Assembly: GCA_963922315.1 (NCBI GenBank)
Contig: CAWUID010000002.1
Coordinates: forward strand, 9,546-73,545
Direction of reading: 5' to 3'
DNA length: 64,000 nucleotides
From: an uncultured Gammaproteobacteria bacterium
GTDB lineage: Bacteria > Pseudomonadota > Gammaproteobacteria > Chromatiales > Chromatiaceae
Below are positions 31,086 to 45,329 of this stretch, in pieces. The notes under the pieces were generated by a model. The model searched no databases. It was not told where the DNA came from and saw nothing but the letters and a program-made list of their open reading frames with translations. Positions within the stretch are counted from its first letter, which is position 1, and each line of letters opens with the position of its first letter. Both the position numbers and the translations under genes were made by a program.

Positions 31086-32195
31086 ATGCATATTACTTTA
31101 CCACGCGACACCTTATTACAGCCTTTATTGCGTGCCAGCGCGATAGTCGCGAAACAACAAACCCTGCCGATTCTGAGCAATCTGTTATTCCAGCTCACCC
31201 CAGGTAAACTGACAGTAACAGCAACTGATCTGGAAATTGAACTGGTCACAGAAGTTGCGGCAGAACACGAACAAACGCTGGCGTATGCAATACCTGCCCG
31301 TAAGCTGACAGACATCTGTAAAGCGCTATCATCTGACGCAGAAATCAGCCTGGCTTTCAAGGACAACAAGGTGACGTTACGTGCCGGACATGGGCGTTAT
31401 GTACTGAGTACACTGCCTGCGGGAGATTATCCGACCATCACGACAGACGCAGCGACTGAACAGTTTCACGTGGAACAAGCAAATCTCAGGCACCTGTTAG
31501 ACAAAACCGCTTTTGCGATGGCACAACAGGATGTTCGTTACTATCTGAATGGTTTATTGCTCGCATTCCAACCCGATCAGATTCGGACGGTAGCAACTGA
31601 TGGGCACCGGCTGGCGATGGCGGAAACAGCGTTGGAACATAACATTCAGGATGATACGCAACTGATCATCCCGCGCAAGGCCATTGCTGAGCTCAGCCGG
31701 TTGCTCAGCAGAGATGAAGATGCCTCGGCGCAAATCGCATTCAGTCATCACTATCTGCGGATCGACCTTGGCGGCACCGTGTTTACCACCAAGCTGATAG
31801 AAGGTCAGTTTCCGGACTATGAGTCAATTCTGCCATCTGAACAGGACGCTGATCTGCTCAGAGCAGATCGGGAACAACTCAGACAGGTGCTGGCACGCAC
31901 AGCCGTATTATCAGCAACCGAAAAATTTTGCAGCACACATTTTCACCTGAAAAAAGACCAACTGGGCTTGCAGGTCAACAATACCGAAAATGACGAAGCT
32001 GAAGAACGATTGGACGTAGAATACGACGGCAAATTGCTGGATATGGGATTCAATGCTGCCTACGTGCAGGACGTATTGAATGTCATAGAAACACAATACA
32101 TTGAGATGTTAATTACCGGGCCAGACTCCAGTGTCCTGATTCGTCCGGCAGATACAGAAACTTACCGTTACATCGTGATGCCCATGCGTCTCTGA
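31086..32195 (+). CDS. dnaN: DNA polymerase III beta sliding clamp
   Basis: 369 aa. N-terminus MHITLPRDTLLQPLLRASAIV...LPILSNLLFQ and C-terminus YRYIVMPMRL. Confidence 0.95.
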   Translation: MHITLPRDTLLQPLLRASAIVAKQQTLPILSNLLFQLTPGKLTVTATDLEIELVTEVAAEHEQTLAYAIPARKLTDICKALSSDAEISLAFKDNKVTLRAGHGRYVLSTLPAGDYPTITTDAATEQFHVEQANLRHLLDKTAFAMAQQDVRYYLNGLLLAFQPDQIRTVATDGHRLAMAETALEHNIQDDTQLIIPRKAIAELSRLLSRDEDASAQIAFSHHYLRIDLGGTVFTTKLIEGQFPDYESILPSEQDADLLRADREQLRQVLARTAVLSATEKFCSTHFHLKKDQLGLQVNNTENDEAEERLDVEYDGKLLDMGFNAAYVQDVLNVIETQYIEMLITGPDSSVLIRPADTETYRYIVMPMRL

Positions 32196-32210
32196 TACCA
32201 GCATGAATGG

Positions 32211-32376
32211 CTAGGGGTTGTTCTCAATTAACTGAGTGGAAATGATTTCGAGCCATTTTTTGTGCTGACAAGGCGCAATGAGGAGTAATAGTGGTTCTAT
32301 TGGGACGAGTTGCAACACAGTCAGCGCAGAAAAGGGCCGGAATCAAACCATGAAGCTGATTGAGAATACCTCCTAG
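32211..32376. mobile_element. MITE, family 1, copy 1 (dnaN-recF spacer)
   Basis: 166 nt. TIRs are CTAGGGGTTGTTCTCAATTAAC ... GCTGATTGAGAATACCTCCTAG. The 160-nt core is flanked by TA on both sides. It aligns ungapped (about 85% by hand) with 50591-50756. Confidence 0.8.
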
Positions 32377-32388
32377 TGTCAGGCTGCC

Positions 32389-35863
<3,475 letters not shown>

Positions 35864-35884
35864 AATATCCGGACGAATTACTGA

Positions 35885-35913
35885 TTGACGCTGTGACCTG
35901 GTCTCCGTAAAAT
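35885..35913 (+). promoter_or_regulatory. Candidate sigma70 promoter for rplM-rpsI
   Basis: TTGACG (35885-35890), a 17-nt spacer, then TAAAAT (35908-35913). It would give a leader of about 220 nt containing repeat copy C. Confidence 0.45.
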
Positions 35914-35992
35914 TCAGCCTCTTTTGTGAAGCCGCAGCGAACTGTCGTTGCGCCATGAAATATATAGATTTATCAAGTATTTAAACTGAGAG

Positions 35993-36112
35993 CCCCCGCA
36001 ACTTGTTGCGGGGGACAAAACAATGAGGGTTTCCAAAAGGGGGAAAAGCGTAGCTCTCACCCCTTTGGTCGTGTGCAAGGTTTCATGCCTCGCACACGAT
36101 TTAAATTTGATT
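35993..36112 (-). repeat. Three-hairpin structured repeat, copy C (inverted, diverged)
   Basis: The reverse complement aligns with copies A and B along the whole length. The HP1 stem is CGTGTGCGAGG/CCTTGCACACG and the HP3 stem is CCCCCGCAAC/GTTGCGGGGG. Both differ from A/B but still pair. Confidence 0.75.
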
Positions 36113-36139
36113 CGAACTGCTGCTGATGAGAAAACTCTG

Positions 36140-36571
36140 ATGACTGCTACCTATAGCGCAAAACAGAAAGACATTATCCATGACTGGTACCTGGTGGATG
36201 CTGAAGGCAAAACACTGGGGCGTCTGGCTTCAGAAATCGCCCGCCGTCTTCGAGGCAAACATAAGCCGATGTTCACCCCGAATATGGACGCAGGGGATTA
36301 CATTGTCGTGGTGAACGCCGCTCAGATTGCCGTTACCGGCAACAAGCTGAAAGACAAAATGTATCACCACCACACAGGTTATGTGGGTCATCTGAAATCT
36401 ATCAGCCTGGAAAAACAATTACAGAAGGCGCCAGAGCGTGTGCTCCAGGCCGCTGTAAAAGGCATGTTGCCGAAAAACCCACTGGGCCGAGCGATGTTTA
36501 AGAAATTGCGTGTCTTTGCAGGTGCTGAGCACACTCACCAAGCCCAACAGCCACAGCCACTGGCGCTGTAA
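36140..36571 (+). CDS. rplM: 50S ribosomal protein L13
   Basis: [34 protein letters not shown] 36140 is preferred. The ORF-track start 36023 runs through repeat copy C. Confidence 0.95.
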   Translation: MTATYSAKQKDIIHDWYLVDAEGKTLGRLASEIARRLRGKHKPMFTPNMDAGDYIVVVNAAQIAVTGNKLKDKMYHHHTGYVGHLKSISLEKQLQKAPERVLQAAVKGMLPKNPLGRAMFKKLRVFAGAEHTHQAQQPQPLAL

Positions 36572-36583
36572 ACAGAGAATATT

Positions 36584-36976
36584 ATGAGTAATACGATACT
36601 GGCTGCAACAGGCCGCCGTAAAACCTCCGTCGCCCGGGTATTTGTGCGCCCCGGCAATGGCAGCATCACCGTCAACCGGCGTCCTCTGGATCGCTTTTTC
36701 GGACGCGAAACAGCACGCATGGTCGTGCGTCAGCCACTGATGCTGACTGAAACTCAGGACAAAATAGATGTCGTGGTCAACGTCACCGGCGGTGGTGGTA
36801 GTGGTCAGGCTGGTGCAATTCGTCATGGTTTAGCCCGCGCACTGCTGAAATATAACGAAGAACTGCGTGCGCCACTGCGTGAAGCTGGTTTTCTGACCCG
36901 CGACTCACGGATGGTGGAACGCAAAAAGATTGGTCTGCATAAAGCACGTAAGCGTCCGCAATACTCAAAACGTTGA
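36584..36976 (+). CDS. rpsI: 30S ribosomal protein S9
   Basis: 130 aa. [19 protein letters not shown], and the protein ends KRPQYSKR. Confidence 0.97.
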   Translation: MSNTILAATGRRKTSVARVFVRPGNGSITVNRRPLDRFFGRETARMVVRQPLMLTETQDKIDVVVNVTGGGGSGQAGAIRHGLARALLKYNEELRAPLREAGFLTRDSRMVERKKIGLHKARKRPQYSKR

Positions 36977-37006
36977 TTTTGCCTCGGCCGGAAAAGGATA
37001 GTTGAG

Positions 37007-37930
37007 ATGCAGGTGATTTTTTTATCGCAAAGACATCAGAGTATCCATCTGCGTCTGCCGCATATCCTGTTCTGGCTGACCTCCGGCCTCGGTTTATGTG
37101 CTGCTGCCCTTGTGACATTCGGTTACATGCTCGGCACAAATAATGCTCAGCAGCAAAGTGCAGATCGTGCGCTGGTGGAGCTGCGTACCATGCTACAGCA
37201 GGCACAGGACACAGTCGCACAAGTGCGAACGGATCAGGATAGCCACCTGAATGCCCTTGGTCTGCGGGTTGCTGCGCTACAGGCGCGCATGATGCGGGTG
37301 GATGCGCTGGGCGAACGTATGGTTCGTATCGGCGGATTAAATCAGGCAGAATTTGATTTTTCCGCCCCACCGGCGATGGGTGGTAACCCAGCCGGCATGG
37401 GAGAAACACAAAATACCGGGGATATCAGCGGCGATCTGGATCAAGTCAGCGCCCTGCTGATTGATCGTGAACATAAGCTGGAAGCACTGGAATCCTACTG
37501 GCAAAATCGCGACTTGCTGCAAGCAGCTTTTCCTTCCGGGCGTCCGATACAACAAGGATGGGTTTCATCACGCTTCGGCTCACGCATTGATCCTATCAAC
37601 GGCCGCAGAAGCCATCACAAAGGCATAGATTTTGCTGCTCAGAGCGGCACACCCATTCATGCTGTCGCGGCAGGCGTGGTAAAACGCGCCAGAATGGTGA
37701 GCGGATTTGGCAATGTCGTCGAAATCAACCATGCTGATGGTTACAGTACCTTGTACGCCCACAACAAAAAGAATCTAGTGCGACAAGGCGATATCGTGCA
37801 AAAAGACCAGGTCATTGCGCTGTTAGGCAATACAGGCCGTTCCACTGGGCCACATGTCCATTTTGAAGTCCGCAAAAATGGTAAAGCGGTAGATCCGCAA
37901 CATTATATTCAGGCAGCAGTAACTCACTGA
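37007..37930 (+). CDS. M23-family murein endopeptidase (LytM domain) with N-terminal TM and coiled coil
   Basis: HKGIDFAAQSGTPIHA and STGPHVHFEV zinc-ligand motifs. 307 aa. Confidence 0.85.
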   Translation: MQVIFLSQRHQSIHLRLPHILFWLTSGLGLCAAALVTFGYMLGTNNAQQQSADRALVELRTMLQQAQDTVAQVRTDQDSHLNALGLRVAALQARMMRVDALGERMVRIGGLNQAEFDFSAPPAMGGNPAGMGETQNTGDISGDLDQVSALLIDREHKLEALESYWQNRDLLQAAFPSGRPIQQGWVSSRFGSRIDPINGRRSHHKGIDFAAQSGTPIHAVAAGVVKRARMVSGFGNVVEINHADGYSTLYAHNKKNLVRQGDIVQKDQVIALLGNTGRSTGPHVHFEVRKNGKAVDPQHYIQAAVTH

Positions 37931-37936
37931 TTCAAA

Positions 37937-38857
37937 TCAGTGCTGGCGTTGCACAATATAGTGCGCTACCTGACGCAACGGATCTGCCTTTTCATCGAAA
38001 TCTGTCAGTTCTGCCAGAGCCTCATCAACGAACCGCTGCGCCATATGGCGAGCACCCTGCAGACCCAGTAACGCAGGATAAGTCGGCTTATTCGCAGCCG
38101 CATCTTTCCCCGACTGTTTACCCGTATCGCGGGTATCTCCCACCACATCCAGCACATCATCCTGCACCTGAAAGGCCAGGCCGATACACTTCGCATACCG
38201 GTCCAGATGCTGCTCAGTCTCCGCAGCAACATCCCTCCCGCACAACACACCTAAACGTACACAGGCTCGGATTAACAGCCCGGTTTTGTGAATGTGGATA
38301 TGTTCCAGATGGGGCAGATCAATCGGTTGTCCAACCGCATCAATATCCAGTGCCTGACCAGCAACCAGGCCCTGTGCACCACTGGCAGCAAACAAATCAC
38401 GCAACATTGTCAGATTGGCCTGCGGATCCGGCAATGGCGCTTCTGCCAATACCTGATATGCCAGGGTCAGCAAAGCATCACCTGCTAAAATCGCTGTCGC
38501 TTCATCAAACTGTTTGTGACAGGTTGGCATACCCCGGCGCAGATCATCATCGTCCATGGCGGGCAAATCATCGTGCACCAGCGAAAAGGCATGTACCAGC
38601 TCAACTGCACAAGCCGGATGGTGCAACCATGCGTGTTCCGCGCCTACTGCCTGACCAGCCGCATACACAAGCAATGGCCGGATTCTCTTTCCCTTCGCCA
38701 ATACGGCATACTGCATCGCCTGATACAGACGATGTGGTGCGTGGGTTGGATCAGGCAGATGCGCTTTTAAGGCCGCCTCAACCTGAGTACAACAAGTCGC
38801 GTGAAAGGCCTGAAAATCGGCATCAGACATCATCAGCAAAGACCTCCGGTTGGGCAT
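37937..38857 (-). CDS. ispA: (2E,6E)-farnesyl diphosphate synthase
   Basis: [17 protein letters not shown] (FARM) and [10 protein letters not shown] (SARM). The likely start is the MM pair at 38833/38830, not 38857. Confidence 0.92.
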   Translation of the reverse strand: MPNRRSLLMMSDADFQAFHATCCTQVEAALKAHLPDPTHAPHRLYQAMQYAVLAKGKRIRPLLVYAAGQAVGAEHAWLHHPACAVELVHAFSLVHDDLPAMDDDDLRRGMPTCHKQFDEATAILAGDALLTLAYQVLAEAPLPDPQANLTMLRDLFAASGAQGLVAGQALDIDAVGQPIDLPHLEHIHIHKTGLLIRACVRLGVLCGRDVAAETEQHLDRYAKCIGLAFQVQDDVLDVVGDTRDTGKQSGKDAAANKPTYPALLGLQGARHMAQRFVDEALAELTDFDEKADPLRQVAHYIVQRQH

Positions 38858-39053
38858 CCGGGTGATTCTGTGTCAGAATTCTGATTTGTTGCTCGGCGGC
38901 CTGTAGTTTCTGCTGGCAGGCTCGGGTAAGCTGAATACCGCGTTCAAACGCCTGCAGAGCGTCTTCCAGGCTCAGGGTGCCGGTTTCCATCTGCGCCACC
39001 AGTGATTCCAGTTCTTCCAGGGCAACTTCAAACGCAACCTTGTCCTGCGACAC
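38823..39053 (-). CDS. xseB: Exodeoxyribonuclease VII small subunit
   Basis: 76 aa. [35 protein letters not shown]. Classical xseB-ispA order. Confidence 0.9.
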   Translation of the reverse strand: MSQDKVAFEVALEELESLVAQMETGTLSLEDALQAFERGIQLTRACQQKLQAAEQQIRILTQNHPDAQPEVFADDV

Positions 39054-39086
39054 GATACATTCTACCTTTGTACAAATACACGAAAT

Positions 39087-40985
39087 ATGACACCGTCATC
39101 TACTGAGTATACCGCTGCCGCCATCGAAGTGCTGAGCGGCCTGCAACCGGTGCGCAAACGCCCCGGCATGTACACAGACACCACCAGCCCGAACCATCTG
39201 GCTCAGGAAGTGATTGATAACAGTGTGGATGAAGCGATCAGTGGCCATGCTCACACGATTCGGGTCACCCATTATCCGGACGGTTCCATCCAGGTAGAAG
39301 ATGACGGGCGTGGTATGCCAGTGGACGAACACCCGGAACAACGACTGCCCGGGGTCGAAGTGGTTCTGACGCAACTCCATGCCGGGGGTAAATTTTCAGA
39401 CAAAAATTACCAGTTCTCCGGTGGATTACACGGCGTTGGCGTCTCAGTGGTGAATGCGCTTTCGACCCGACTGGAAGTCTGGATCAGACGCGGCGGCAAA
39501 GAATACCACATGGCTTTTGCAAGCGGTGCAAAAACCACCGGGTTGCAGGTTGTCCGGGCGGTGCGCAAAAAAGATACCGGTACCCGGCTGCGTTTCTGGC
39601 CGGATGCCGGTTTTTTTGATACGGCAACGATCAATCTGCGCCAGATGGCGAAAGGCTTGAAGGCGAAGGCCGTGTTATGCCCGGGACTGCGGATCAGCCT
39701 GGTATCGGAAGACCAGACGACCTGTCAGGAATGGTGCTATACCGATGGCCTGCCCGGTTATCTGCAACAGGCACTGGCAGAGGCGGACAGCCTGCCGCAA
39801 CCCTGCTACAGCGGACACCGCCAGAAACCGGAGGCCGACGTCCGCTGGGCGCTGGCCTGGCAGCCGCAAGGCGGCGAAGTTTATGCTGAAAGTTATGTGA
39901 ATCTGATTCCGACCCCGCAGGGCGGCACGCATGTGAACGGGTTGCGCACCGGGCTGACCGAAGCGATCCGCGAATTTTGCGAATTTCGCCAGCTTTATCC
40001 ACGCGGCGTCAAACTGGCACCGGAAGATGTCTGGCACAACCTGAGCTATGTCCTGGCTGTGCGGCTGCAGGAGCCACAATTTTCCGGCCAGACCAAAGAA
40101 CGGCTGTCCTCGCGTGGCTGTGCTGGTTGGGTCAGTGGTCTGATCAAAGATGCGTTCAGCCTGTGGCTGAACGAACATACCACGCAGGCAGAACAGATCG
40201 CTGCACTGGCGATCCAGCATGCACAAACGCGGTTGCGCAACAGCAAAAAGGTCGCGCGCAAAAAAATCGTGCAGGGCCCTGCCCTGCCCGGCAAGCTAAC
40301 CGATTGTCTGAGTGACGACCGGGAACGCAGCGAACTGTTTCTGGTAGAAGGCGATTCCGCCGGCGGATCCGCCAAACAGGCACGGGATAAAGACTTTCAG
40401 GCAGTGATGCCGCTGCGCGGCAAAATCCTGAACACCTGGGAAGTCGAATCTGCCGACATTCTGGCCTCACAGGAAGTGCACGACATCGCGGTTGCCATCG
40501 GTGTGGATCCGGGCAGCGACGACTTATCGCGACGTCGCTTTGGCAAGATCTGCATCCTGGCAGATGCTGACTCAGATGGTGCCCATATCGCCACCTTATT
40601 ATGCGCCCTGTTCCTGCGTCATTTTCGCGACCTGGTACTGGCCGGACATATCTATGTGGCGATGCCGCCACTGTACCGGATTGATGTCGGCAAACAGGTG
40701 CATTACGCGCTGGATGAGGAAGAGCGCGCAGCGGTACTGGCGCGTATTCAGGCCGACAAACCGGGCAAAATCAATATCCAGCGTTTCAAGGGCCTGGGCG
40801 AGATGAACCCGCCGCAATTACGCGAAACCACCATGCACCCGGATACCCGCCGCCTGGTACAACTGGTGCTGACCGACGGCGACGACACCGTACAGCGGAT
40901 GGATCGGCTACTGGCCCGCAAGCGGGCCGCAGACCGCCGCGCCTGGCTACAGGCCGAAGGTGACCAGGCCCGACTGGACACCTGA
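39087..40985 (+). CDS. parE: DNA topoisomerase IV subunit B
   Basis: 632 aa. GyrB paralogue without the gyrase-specific insertion. [16 protein letters not shown] and [12 protein letters not shown]. Confidence 0.94.
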   Translation: MTPSSTEYTAAAIEVLSGLQPVRKRPGMYTDTTSPNHLAQEVIDNSVDEAISGHAHTIRVTHYPDGSIQVEDDGRGMPVDEHPEQRLPGVEVVLTQLHAGGKFSDKNYQFSGGLHGVGVSVVNALSTRLEVWIRRGGKEYHMAFASGAKTTGLQVVRAVRKKDTGTRLRFWPDAGFFDTATINLRQMAKGLKAKAVLCPGLRISLVSEDQTTCQEWCYTDGLPGYLQQALAEADSLPQPCYSGHRQKPEADVRWALAWQPQGGEVYAESYVNLIPTPQGGTHVNGLRTGLTEAIREFCEFRQLYPRGVKLAPEDVWHNLSYVLAVRLQEPQFSGQTKERLSSRGCAGWVSGLIKDAFSLWLNEHTTQAEQIAALAIQHAQTRLRNSKKVARKKIVQGPALPGKLTDCLSDDRERSELFLVEGDSAGGSAKQARDKDFQAVMPLRGKILNTWEVESADILASQEVHDIAVAIGVDPGSDDLSRRRFGKICILADADSDGAHIATLLCALFLRHFRDLVLAGHIYVAMPPLYRIDVGKQVHYALDEEERAAVLARIQADKPGKINIQRFKGLGEMNPPQLRETTMHPDTRRLVQLVLTDGDDTVQRMDRLLARKRAADRRAWLQAEGDQARLDT

Positions 40986-41230
40986 ACAACTCATCATGCG
41001 ACATATCGATGACACCCGACACACTCCCCTCCTGTTCGAGAACTATGGCCCCTTGTGTCAGGATAGATGACGGTTGTTCTGATGAGAGATCTCATTCTTA
41101 GTGCATACGTTGTGTGATGCCAGATAGTGGCAAACTGGCACACTGACCGTGACTGTCTTCACTCCGGTTGGTTGCTCAAGCTGGTGGGAAAGATTATGAC
41201 CAGACGAAGGAGTTAGATGGTAGCATCATG

Positions 41231-42679
41231 CTAACGGCGCCAGAAAGCGGGTGAGAGCAGGACCAACAGGGTGAAGATTTCGAGTCGGCCAAGTAGCATG
41301 GCGAAACAGAGGATACCTTTGCTGATGTCTGGCAGGTCGGCATAATGTGCCCCGACCTGCCCCAGTCCAGGGCCGAGGTTGTTGATGCTGGCGGCAGTTG
41401 CGCTGAAGGCGGTGATCAGGTCCAACCCGGTGGCGGCCAGACTCAGGTAGATCAGGCTGAAGCTGGCGACATACAGTGCAAAAAAGCCCCAGACGGCACC
41501 GACGATTCTGGATGAAATCACTTTGTCGCCGATGCGCAGCGGGAGCTGGGCGTTCGGGTGAATCAGGCGCATGATTTCGCGCGCGCCTTGTTTGAACAGC
41601 AGCAGGATGCGGATCACTTTCATGCCCCCGCCGGTGGATCCGGCACAGCCGCCGATAAAGCTGCTGAACAGTAACAGTATGGTGATAAAAGCTGGCCACT
41701 GGTACCAGTCGGCAGTGGTAAAGCCGGCAGTGGTGGCGATCGACACGGCCTGGAACAGGCCCTGGCTGACGTTGTCCTGCCAGTCGGCGTCGGTGTTGGT
41801 CAGGAGCAGTCCGAGGATGGTACCAAATACGACCAGGCTGAGCAGGCTGATGTACAGTCGGCATTCGGCATCCTGCCAGTAGATGCGCAGGTTGCGCCGA
41901 CGCAATGCGACAAAATGTAGTGCAAAGTTGATTGCGGCAATCAGCATGAACACGATGGCGACTGCCTGCACGGCCTGGCTGTTGAAGTAGCCAAGGCTGG
42001 CATCATGGGTGGAGAAGCCGCCGATGGCAATGGTTGAGTAGGCGTGGCCCAGGGCGTCGAACGGGCTCATCCCGGCAGCCCAATAGGCAATGGCGCAGAT
42101 CAGGGTCAGACCCAGATAAATCAGCCACAGTGCTTTTGCAGTTTCGGTGATGCGTGGGGTGAGTTTCGCATCTTTCATTGGCCCTGGAGTTTCAGCCCGA
42201 TACAGTTGCATACCACCGATACCGAGCAGTGGCAGGACGGCGACGGCCAGGACGATGATGCCCATGCCGCCAAGCCATTGCAGTTGTTGCCGGTAGTACA
42301 GGATGGCACGTGGCAGGTCGTCCAATCCGGTGATGACAGTGGCGCCGGTGGTAGTCAGACCGGAAACAGATTCGAACAGGGCGTCGATAACGGACAGGTG
42401 GGGTTCGTGGGCGAGGATGAATGGCAGAGCGCCGATCGCGGTTAGTACCAGCCAGAACATGGCGACGACGATAAAGCCATCGCGCAGTTGCATGTCGCGG
42501 CGTGGCCGGAGGACTGGCAGCCAACTGATCAGACCGGCGCTCAGGGTCAGGCTGAATGCGGTAGCAAATGCGGTAGCGGTGCCATCTGCGTCGTAGAGAG
42601 CGAGTCCCAGCGGTGGCAGCAGGGTCAGGCTGAAGAAGGTCAGCAGGATGCCGAGGATGCGCTGGATCGGTGAGGACAT
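41231..42679 (-). CDS. trkH: Trk-system potassium uptake protein TrkH
   Basis: 482 aa polytopic protein with repeated M1-P-M2 units (GLTTTGATV, TTAGFTT). Downstream of trkA. Confidence 0.92.
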   Translation of the reverse strand: MSSPIQRILGILLTFFSLTLLPPLGLALYDADGTATAFATAFSLTLSAGLISWLPVLRPRRDMQLRDGFIVVAMFWLVLTAIGALPFILAHEPHLSVIDALFESVSGLTTTGATVITGLDDLPRAILYYRQQLQWLGGMGIIVLAVAVLPLLGIGGMQLYRAETPGPMKDAKLTPRITETAKALWLIYLGLTLICAIAYWAAGMSPFDALGHAYSTIAIGGFSTHDASLGYFNSQAVQAVAIVFMLIAAINFALHFVALRRRNLRIYWQDAECRLYISLLSLVVFGTILGLLLTNTDADWQDNVSQGLFQAVSIATTAGFTTADWYQWPAFITILLLFSSFIGGCAGSTGGGMKVIRILLLFKQGAREIMRLIHPNAQLPLRIGDKVISSRIVGAVWGFFALYVASFSLIYLSLAATGLDLITAFSATAASINNLGPGLGQVGAHYADLPDISKGILCFAMLLGRLEIFTLLVLLSPAFWRR

Positions 42680-42685
42680 GGCAGG

Positions 42686-44059
42686 CTACAGGAAGGTGAT
42701 GTCGACCTGGAACAGTCGTTCGACAGCGGCGATTTTGCGTTTGTCGGTGACAAACAGGATCAGGTGGTCTTCTGCTTCTATCCGGGTATCATGGTGCGCG
42801 ATAATCACCTGGTTGCCGCGTACAATCGCGCCGATTCTGGCTTCTTCCGGCAGGCGGATTTCGTCTATCCGCCGCCCGACCACCCGGGAGGATGTCCGGT
42901 CGCCGTGGGCAATCGCTTCTATGGCTTCGGCTGCGCCCCGGCGTAGTGCATGTACAGCAGCGACGTCGCCCCGGCGTACATGGGTCAGCAGGGAGCCGAT
43001 GGTGGCTTGTTGCGGTGAGATGGCGATGTCGATAGTCCCCGACTGTACCAGATCAACATAGGCGGCCCGGTTGATCAGGGCCATCACTTTGCGTGCTCCC
43101 AGACGTTTGGCCAGCATCGCTGACAGGATGTTCACCTCGTCGTCATCCGTGACTGCACAGAAGACGTCGGTGCGCTCAATGTTTTCCTCAAGCAGAAGTT
43201 CTTCGTCGGCGGCATCACCATGCAGCACAATGGTGCGGGACAGTTGTTCAGCGATTTTTTCGGCGTGTTGCTGGTTATGTTCTATCAGTTTGACCTGGTA
43301 GTCAGATTCCAGTGCGGCGGCCAGGCGCCGTCCGATGTTACCGCCGCCGGCGAACATCAGCCGCCGGAAGGGTTTTTCTGCTCGCCGCAGTTCCCGCATC
43401 ACAGCGCGGATGTTGTTGGCGGCAGCCAGGAAAAACACTTCGTCGTCTACTTCAACATGGGTATCGCCAGTCGGGTCTATCGCCTGGCCCTGACGATATA
43501 TGGCAACCACCCGGGCTTCTTCACCGCGCAAGTGCTGGTTCAGGGTGCGCAGCGCATGGCCTACCAGTGGTCCGCCATGGTAGGCGTGTAGTGCGACCAG
43601 CCGGACTTTGCCCTGGGCAAAATCCAGTACCTGTAATGCGCCCGGGTGTTGTATCAATCGCAGGATATAGTCAGTGACCAGTTGTTCCGGGCTGATCAAT
43701 ACGTCTACCGGCAATGCCTGGTGGCAAAACAGATTCGGGTAGGCCAGGTATTCTGGTGCGCGTACCCGGGCGATTTTGGTTGGTGTGTGGAACAGGGTCC
43801 AGGCAGCCTGGCAGGCGACCATGTTTGTTTCGTCACTATGGGTGACAGCGATGATCATATCCGCATCTTCTGCCCCGGCTTGTTGCAGTATGTGCGGGTG
43901 GGATGCCTGGCCCTGAACGGTGCGGATATCGAGTCGGTCCTGTAGTTCCCGGAGCAGGTTGTTGTTGTGATCAACGACGGTGATGTCGTTGGCTTCGCTG
44001 GCCAGGTTGCGGGCAACGGTGGTGCCAACCTGGCCAGCCCCCAGTATGATGATTTTCAC
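42686..44059 (-). CDS. trkA: Trk-system NAD-binding protein TrkA
   Basis: 457 aa. Two tandem RCK/NAD folds ([12 protein letters not shown] and [12 protein letters not shown]). Confidence 0.95.
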   Translation of the reverse strand: MKIIILGAGQVGTTVARNLASEANDITVVDHNNNLLRELQDRLDIRTVQGQASHPHILQQAGAEDADMIIAVTHSDETNMVACQAAWTLFHTPTKIARVRAPEYLAYPNLFCHQALPVDVLISPEQLVTDYILRLIQHPGALQVLDFAQGKVRLVALHAYHGGPLVGHALRTLNQHLRGEEARVVAIYRQGQAIDPTGDTHVEVDDEVFFLAAANNIRAVMRELRRAEKPFRRLMFAGGGNIGRRLAAALESDYQVKLIEHNQQHAEKIAEQLSRTIVLHGDAADEELLLEENIERTDVFCAVTDDDEVNILSAMLAKRLGARKVMALINRAAYVDLVQSGTIDIAISPQQATIGSLLTHVRRGDVAAVHALRRGAAEAIEAIAHGDRTSSRVVGRRIDEIRLPEEARIGAIVRGNQVIIAHHDTRIEAEDHLILFVTDKRKIAAVERLFQVDITFL

Positions 44060-44070
44060 CTGGATACCCG

Positions 44071-44877
44071 CTAGAAGTTGCGTTCGCGCCGGATCACTTC
44101 GTAGGCCTGTTTGATTTCGTGTGTTTTGCGGGCGGCAACCTGCATCATTTCTTCCGGTAGTCCTTTTGAGACCAGTTTATCCGGATGATGCTGGCTGAGC
44201 AGGCGTCGATAGGCCCGTTTGATTTCAGCTGCTGAAGCCTGCGGGGCGATACCCAGTAGCGCATATGCATCTGCTGTTGAGGGTTTTGACCGGGCTGAGC
44301 GTTGTCCTGACTGCTGATAGCCGCGCCCGGCTTGTACCATCCGCTCCAGGCGCCGATAATGCGCCTCGCTCACTCCCAGACTGGCGCAGATCTGGAGTAA
44401 CAGCTGGTCTTCTGTGGTATGCATCTGACCGTCGGCATAGGCGGCATGCAGTTGTATTTCCAGGAAGGTTTGTAACAACCCTGGTCTGCCTCGGCAGACC
44501 TGACCTAGCTCATGTAGTCTGGCTTGCAGGTCACACTGGTCTGCTTTGCCTTCGTTGAACAATCGGATTGCTTCTGCACGTTGGGTAGCATTCAATCCGA
44601 GTTGTGTAATGACCTGCTCGGCCAGGCGAATTTCAGCCTGGCTGATCTGCCCGTCTGCCTTTGCCAGTTTGCCCATGATCTGGAAGGTTGCGCGAAAAAA
44701 GATCGCTTCAACCTGTTCCCGGCTGGTAAAGTTAAACGGATGCTGAAACTGGTGCAGCGGTATCTGGCGCCAGCCCCGGTCAAACTGATGCCCCAGCATC
44801 GCGCCGAAGATGGCGCCCCAGATGCCACCAAACAGGTGCCCGAAGAACGCGCCGATAATTTTCCCCCACCACTGCAT
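44071..44877 (-). CDS. djlA: Co-chaperone DjlA
   Basis: N-terminal TM helix, TerB-like middle domain, and a C-terminal J domain with HPD ([10 protein letters not shown]). 268 aa. Confidence 0.85.
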   Translation of the reverse strand: MQWWGKIIGAFFGHLFGGIWGAIFGAMLGHQFDRGWRQIPLHQFQHPFNFTSREQVEAIFFRATFQIMGKLAKADGQISQAEIRLAEQVITQLGLNATQRAEAIRLFNEGKADQCDLQARLHELGQVCRGRPGLLQTFLEIQLHAAYADGQMHTTEDQLLLQICASLGVSEAHYRRLERMVQAGRGYQQSGQRSARSKPSTADAYALLGIAPQASAAEIKRAYRRLLSQHHPDKLVSKGLPEEMMQVAARKTHEIKQAYEVIRRERNF

Positions 44878-44896
44878 AATGTAACCTTCTGTGTAG

Positions 44897-44974
44897 AAGG
44901 CACTTCTGAAAACGATGGTGCTTGCAAAGACTTGTTCGTCTCGTTTTTGCTTCGCTCGTGACGTTTTCAGAGGC
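44897..44974. mobile_element. MITE-like palindromic repeat, family 2, copy 2 (short form, inverted relative to copy 1)
   Basis: CTTCTGAAAACG...TGCTTGCAAAGAC...GTCTCGTTTTTGCTTCGCTCGTGACGTTTTCAGAGG. The reverse complement aligns with both arms of 19375-19487. Confidence 0.65.
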
Positions 44975-44986
44975 GCCCTGAAATTT

Positions 44987-45310
44987 ATGAGTTATTACCA
45001 ACAACACGTCTTTTTTTGTACCAACCTGCGCGACAATGCGCGCCAGTCATGCCAGCAATGCGATGCTCAGGCCGCACGGGATTATGTCAAACAGCGCTGT
45101 AAGACTTTGTTTCCCGATCCTCATGCGATTCGTATCAACAGTGCCGGTTGTCTGAATCGTTGTAAGCTCGGCCCGGTGCTGGTGATTTATCCGCAAGGTG
45201 TCTGGTATCGTTACGATAACCAGCGTGATCTGGACGACATTATTGATCAACATTTGCAAAAAGGCGAGGTAGTCGAACGACTGTTGTTGCCAGCATCTGT
45301 TACGTCGTAA
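44987..45310 (+). CDS. Thioredoxin-like [2Fe-2S] ferredoxin
   Basis: MSYYQQHVFFCTNLR...SCQQC...AGCLNRCKLGPV cysteine pattern (COG3411 type). ATG 44987 is preferred. The ORF-track start 44915 runs through the MITE. Confidence 0.72.
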   Translation: MSYYQQHVFFCTNLRDNARQSCQQCDAQAARDYVKQRCKTLFPDPHAIRINSAGCLNRCKLGPVLVIYPQGVWYRYDNQRDLDDIIDQHLQKGEVVERLLLPASVTS

Positions 45311-45329
45311 CGGTTTTTCCGCCAGGTTG

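Noticed and set aside
36023-36139. An N-terminal 39-codon extension of the L13 ORF ([26 protein letters not shown]...).
   Set aside because: It is a translation of the inverted three-hairpin repeat. L13 homology begins at ATG 36140.
36783-37409. Long antisense or alternative-frame ORFs in the GC-rich part. Examples are 36783-37409, 41226-41864, 39675-40226, 40156-40671, 47168-47716, 30824-31369 and 22758-23180.
   Set aside because: Each lies fully inside a confidently identified gene on the other strand or in another frame. They have Arg/Pro/Ala/Gly-biased, low-complexity translations typical of stop-poor frames in GC-rich DNA.
40986-41230. A 245-nt gap between the convergent parE and trkH genes with a 24-codon ORF (MRHIDDTRHTPLLFENYGPLCQDR) and several short palindromes. 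I considered a small gene, an sRNA or a terminator.
   Set aside because: There is no Shine-Dalgarno. The hairpins are only 5-6 bp without U-tracts. There is no similarity to the repeat families in the window. Nothing can be supported from sequence alone.
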